From assembly GCA_907165135.1 (NCBI GenBank), contig OU015570.1, forward strand, positions 1,612,001-1,676,000: a DNA stretch of 64,000 nucleotides. The letters run 5' to 3'. A program made the position numbers and the translations under genes. Below the pieces are notes generated by a model. It did no database searches. It worked only from the letters and a program-made list of their open reading frames with translations, and was not told where the DNA came from. The DNA is from Oikopleura dioica (lineage: Eukaryota > Animalia > Chordata). The number at the start of each line of letters is the position of its first letter. The stretch's first letter is position 1. Positions 58,823 to 64,000 of this stretch are shown here, piece after piece.

Positions 58823-59827
58823 TAAGTGAACTCGTCTCTTCCTTTGTGTGGGCAGCATTCCATATGCCATACACATTCGTTACCTTTACTTGATGATGGA
58901 GTGATGGCATAGTAAATTTTTGTGACTTTCCGAAAATTCACCTGGACCAACAAAGGACACATTTGATTCAAGACCGATCCAGTCTTTGACAAAAAAATTA
59001 AAATAGTTCTTTGCCTGCAGGTTTATGTCTTTGCTATTCTCATAACAAACAAGGTTTCTTCGGAAGGGTTCCTCTCGTGTCCATTTCGAGAAATGTACCT
59101 CTCGTGTCCATGCACCTCTCGTGGCCATATACCTCTCGTGTCCATATACCTCTCGTGGTCATGACGTAGAGACTTGCGATCACGGAGCATTTTGATGATA
59201 AGTTGGGTCTCCAAGCATTTTTTCAAGGATACTATGAGAAGGTCCTTTTGATTGAGTTAAAATTTCAATAGTTTCAAGTAAGAATAAGTAAATTTATTTG
59301 CACAAACCAGACAAAATTCTCTTTAGAATAAGAGGCAAATGTATGAGGGTACTATATTTAATATAGTTATCTTTTTCAGGTTTTTCGATTAAACAAATTG
59401 TTTTCATCAATTCATCTCGATTTTTATTCATATAAAAACTTAATTTATGACCTCTTATTATAAATAAATAAAGCGTGTAAGCACTCTCTTTGAGGAAATT
59501 GGGAGACCCTAAGTTTCATAAGCCGGTGAGTAATGACCACGAGAGGTATATGGCCACGAGAGGTGCATGGACACGAGAGGTACATTTCTCGAAATGGACA
59601 CGAGAGGAACCCTTCCGATTTCTTCGAGAGAATTCAGGAAGATGTGGAGAGAATTGAACGTTTAACACGACTTGCTGGTCTGCGTCGGTGTAATATGTGT
59701 GTTTGGTGCTATTCGTGAGGATTATCCCCAAATTCTGTAAGTTTGCGGTTCCGGATCTGGTAAAGTTGAGAAGTTGTAGAATGATGCATATTATGCTGGT
59801 CAAATTATTTTCTAGGCCGCAAATCAT
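58823..59827 (-). pseudogene. env: env-like N-terminus of element 4, interrupted by the MITE (partial copy 54753-55757)
   Basis: Directly follows integrase. 'MICGLENNLTSIICIILQLLNF' is signal-like; 'NLQNLGIIL...YY...VVLNVQFSPHLP' resembles the F-protein N-terminus; removing the MITE restores the frame (SRRN|LVCYEN). Confidence 0.45.
59060..59618. mobile_element. duplicated copy of the 559-bp MITE
   Basis: Same arms and TTTCT TSD as 54990-55548. Confidence 0.85.
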
Positions 59828-59899
59828 ATCGGCGTTGAGGGTCTGTGTCTTCAGAAATCTGTAATGGGGAATTATCAATCGGGCAATAATCGAAAGCCG

Positions 59900-62800
59900 T
59901 TTAAACTTCCTTTTCGATTGGGAATTTGCTATTGTAAACATTCTGCGATTTCTCTTCAATAAAGACGGTATCGCTTTCGCGTAGATACTTTCTGTCTCTA
60001 TCGGTTAAAGGCAACTTAACAAGATGGCGTCCATTTCGACGCACTTTATTTTCCCAGAATACATGGGTTATGCGGCATAATTATGCCGTATGTATTACGT
60101 GTTCCCACTTTCTCTATGTAAAATGGGCCTCTGTCTGGCTGGGCATGCCCGAGAGCTGATTTAGGGTCTCTAATCATTACCAAGTCGTTCTTTCCCAAGG
60201 TTCCTTCTACCACATTTGATTTTAGAAAGAATCTAATGAGGTGTTGTTCAGCAACCTTTGAATGCAAAGCTTTCATTTGCTGTCTATATTCATGAACACC
60301 ATTCGGACTTAAGGGATCACCCCCGATTTTTCAAAACTTTGGCACAGCTCATTTTCGCCTATCATAAGATTCCTCGTGTTCTGAGGATCATTTTGATTTA
60401 TTATAGTACCCCTCTACATAAATGCGTCCCAAAAATTTTGGCCTCCAAAGTTTGGGAAAATGCACGTAATTTGTACTTAGCGTGAAAATCGCGATTATTT
60501 TCAATTTTTCATCGTTATCAAAAGAGGACAAGTTAGGGGTTGATCGAAAGCTTAGAATGTGCTGATTACGAATATGATATCCGCACTAGAATCTTCGGCC
60601 ATTTGTTGGCGCTAGAGAGCATTTAACCACAAAAATGCCAAAAATGGCTCCAAAAAGTTCTACAACTAGGAAAATTTTTTCACTCATCCAATTATGCTGG
60701 TTCTACCAGAATATTAAGTTTAGGCTCTGAGCTATCTAAAGAAGCAAAAATATTGGTGATTAAAAAGCCCCAAAAAAAGTAGATACGATTTGAAAATGGT
60801 CAAAAATAGCCATTTTCGCCAACTTTAATCACTTTGACGGCCTGTAATGCATAAGCGAATGTTATGCTGGCAAGCTGATTCTACCAGAATTTGCTCCTTT
60901 TAAAGCGGGCTTTCTAATGCGCCTAACACCAGCTTCCTACGTAAGCTCAAAAAAAAGTAGATAGAGGTCAAAGTTGACGAAATCAGGGGGGGATCCCTTA
61001 AGTCTGGGGTCTTTTTTTCATTAAATGCTAGACTTGAGAAATACGACGGAGGATCTTGACTGAAAAGGACCTGATGTGGTGTTAGGTAAGAAAGCCCGCT
61101 GCTTGGTCTTTGATTGTATGCATAGACTTCCATGTTAAATTTATGATTGATATTTGCTGGGGTCAGGTCATAGGCTTTGAGGATATTTCTGACCTCTCTA
61201 TGTCGTCGTTCGACGATATTAGGTCGAGGATTTGGGAGAGGGGTGACTGTGACTAACGAGATTTCTTTCAAAACACTCGTTCACTTCAGGATTATTGAAT
61301 TCACCTCCCCCATCAGTAATGATGTAACCTCTAGTGTTCAAACCTGACTCCCAAATAATTTAATCTAGCTCTCTACCATGAGAGGCTGTGAGAGGGCGCG
61401 TACTAGACGGCAGGTTAAACTGTGACTGAATTCGTCCAAAAATGTGACGTAAATTAATGTTTTGCCCTCACATGTTAACTTTATCGTGTCTGCATAAACT
61501 GTCGCATATGGTTTAAGTGTTGGCTCGACAGCTGCTTTGACTTCCTCTGTGGGCTGTCTTTTGTGTACTATTGCGCATTTAAGGCAACTTTTCACACAAA
61601 GGCCGACATTTTTCTGCTTATTCGTGAATGATAAGGGTTCACTGCGGCTACGATGTTGTAATCACATTTGCTCCCCGCAGTGGAGTAGGCTTTCGAGACA
61701 ACTGCCAGCAGTTTCCCGTTTTTCATTTTGCAGATGATATCATTAACAATCGTGTATCCAGTTCCGCTTTTTCTCTTTTCTCTCGGAGCGCAAATAAATC
61801 CCTGATTTCATTCTTTTAAAAATTTTGTGAACCGGGTTCACACAGATTGTGAACCGGGTTCACAAAATTGAGAACCGGGTTGCCCTTCACCCATATCATC
61901 CTTTATTTTTATGAGTTTTTCACATTTTTGTTGCGCTTGTTTGATTGCTTCTGGATCAACTTGCGCTCGCTGAATATTTAAATTCATAACGTTGAGATTC
62001 TCGTCTTATGAAATATTTCCGGGACAGAGAATAGATGGGCTAAAAACTTTTCTGTGGTCAATCTCAGTGATTGGATGCCTGGACAGATTATCAACAATTT
62101 TGATGATTTCGCTTGTATTGGGCAGGTAAATGACTCTTGCCCGTACGAATTCGCAAACTGTGTCATAGGCTCGGCGAGCCCTTGTCCCGTTTCCGGGCTT
62201 CAGGCCTGCTTTTGTAGTCAAGTCTTCCAGTGACTTATGATCGACGATAAAGATCAATCTAGCGTCTGTTGGAAAAAGGTCGCTGAAGGATTTGATTCCG
62301 TGCATCAAACCCACGAGTTCACGTGACCTTGCTGTGAGGTAGTACTCAACTTCATCGAGTGCTTTTGACGAGTGTCCGCAGACGCGGACATTTGATATTT
62401 CATCGTTTTCGAGTGTCAGGTTACCAATAATGGCACCTGTTTGCGTAAGACTAGTATCACTTGCAACAAAGATGTGCTCTGTTAAATCCGCGTCTGATTG
62501 GTAAACGAGATGGCAAACACCGACTCCTTTACTAATATTTAGTTTCAGAAGCTCGATGTTGGCTCTCATAGCGTCTGTAAGGGCAAACTTTTTGCCAAGA
62601 GATATCGCTTTAGCGATCGGAGAGAGAAGTGCTGAAAGCTTGAGAATGAGTCTACAGTAATAATTGAGGCTGCTTATAAATGACATCGCCTGTTTAGCGG
62701 TTTCAGGCATTTTATGGTCAAGAAGTGCCTCAATTTTTGCTTCTGGTGTTTAAACACCGTTTTCACCGACGATAAATCCCAAGAATTTTACCAATTTCTT

Positions 62801-64000
62801 AAAAAACTCACATTTTGCCAAAGAGACTACAATGTTGTGTTCATGTATCTTCTTGAAATTGGTCTCTAAAGTTTTGTTATGGTTTCTTTCGGGACAAGCA
62901 ACAAGAAAATCATCTTTGTAATTGAAGCAGAAGAAAGTGTTTCCATTTTCTTCTATTTCATGCAATAGTTTGCTTGCGAATGCTTGGAAGGTCGAAGGTG
63001 CCGAAGCGAGTCCTTGACACATTCTTTTGTATTGCAATTATTTATCCCCAAAGATAAAGGCGGTGTAATCACGATTTTTTTCGCGTATTGCCATGGTAAA
63101 GAAGGCATTCGTCAGATCCAAACTGCAAAAAAAAATTGATCTGTTGGAAATCGAGCCTTTAATCTTGATATTGCTCTCGACAATTCTGCCAACAGTGATC
63201 GAATTGGGAGCGTGGGGAAGCGCGGGAGGACAAGCGTAGAGTCAATAGAATTGCTCCCTCCCGCGGAGTAGTTATTCACGACTCGTAACTTCCCGTTTTT
63301 CTTTTCGACAGTCAGAAGTGGGCTTTTGAAGCCGTTCACTGTTGGTTCTAGTATCCCAGAGTCGATTATTTCTTTCAATTTTTCGTCGACTCTCTCTTTT
63401 TTATGCGCGTCGATACTATACGGCTTGTGGAAAACAGGCGTGACATCTGTCAGTCGTATTTCGCACACAAAGTGTTGCGACAAGCCAGCATCCGACGGCG
63501 ATCTGGAGAAATTCCATTGGAATTCTTCAAGAATGCGCTTATGGCCTTGAGCATATTGGAAAGGCGGCGCCGAAACGGCTGCTTTGATTTCAGTGCTGAT
63601 ATCGATATCCTCAACTAACAGTTCTCGTTTACTTTTCCATTCTTTGAATTCGAGCTCATGAGTGCGCCTTTCTGCCTGCGGTAATTTGCTCGTCTTAACT
63701 TAGAAATTTAGCACTTGCTGCGGCATTGTTTCTGCTGCTTCTGCAAGTGCTGCCTCTTTTTCAACAGGATCGTTTGGTTTGACCTGTTGTTGATTTTAAT
63801 TGGTCAAGATCCTTAATGATTGTGTAGGTCTGGAGGGCTTGTTTTGCTTCAGCCATCTCCGCTGTTACTACAATGCTCAAATCATTTTTATCGCGATAAG
63901 CTCGAGTTCGGCGGATTTTAACGTACTCTGTCTCCTTCGGACCGATAAAGGACGTGTCCATAGCGACGAGAGCAGATTTTTTAGTACGCTTTACAATCTC
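59900..64000 (-). pseudogene. pol: decayed Ty3/gypsy pol, element 4 (RT-RH-IN), 5' part beyond the window
   Basis: 'GKLRVVNNY', 'YKRMCQGLASAPSTFQ', 'YKDD', 'VASDTS', 'DHKSL', 'CLKC', 'VYADT', 'VERRHR', 'GPF'; many stops and frameshifts; no LTR in the window. Confidence 0.88.
60313..60997. mobile_element. 685-bp TTAA-target MITE (Kolobok-like ends) inserted in the integrase of element 4
   Basis: TTAA|GGGATC(A)CCCC ... GGGGGGATCCC|TTAA; the integrase frame (PDL-SPNGVHEYRQQMK) rejoins across the site. Confidence 0.85.

Larger units (their letters stand above)
48535..59927. repeat. tandem segmental duplication (unit A 48535-55852, unit B 55853-59927)
   Basis: Near-identical sequence apart from homopolymer lengths and a ~3.25-kb deletion in unit B; AATTT microhomology at the junctions. 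Confidence 0.95.

Overview
Eukaryotic, AT-rich, transposon-saturated DNA with no intact host gene. Short introns (about 41-55 nt), in-frame non-canonical GA...AG introns and Ty3/gypsy elements with paramyxovirus-F-like env suggest the larvacean Oikopleura (Tor-type elements). This host assignment is inference. Left to right: (1) a MULE/Mutator transposase gene split by a 2.6-kb antisense cassette of fragments from four unrelated host genes (akirin, rootletin, prolyl 4-hydroxylase, tra2), plus a tRNA-like unit; (2) a young full-length gypsy element (8403-15835) with a CCCH-finger Gag, UGA-CUA gag-pol readthrough and an orphan ORF3; (3) nested MITE/foldback elements, a decayed hAT-like element, a DIRS RNaseH-methylase fragment and a CARD-like orphan ORF; (4) an env-bearing retrovirus-like element (30530-47787). 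Its 5' LTR is interrupted by a second gypsy element (30640-36052), its env has a mucin/Cys-rich insert between two furin sites, and it carries a 411-aa J-domain-like accessory ORF; (5) a tandem duplication holding a full-length hAT element and its internal-deletion derivative; (6) a decayed fourth gypsy element running off the right edge. Many frameshifts sit in homopolymers and may be assembly errors. All protein family calls come from motif recognition by eye, not database searches.
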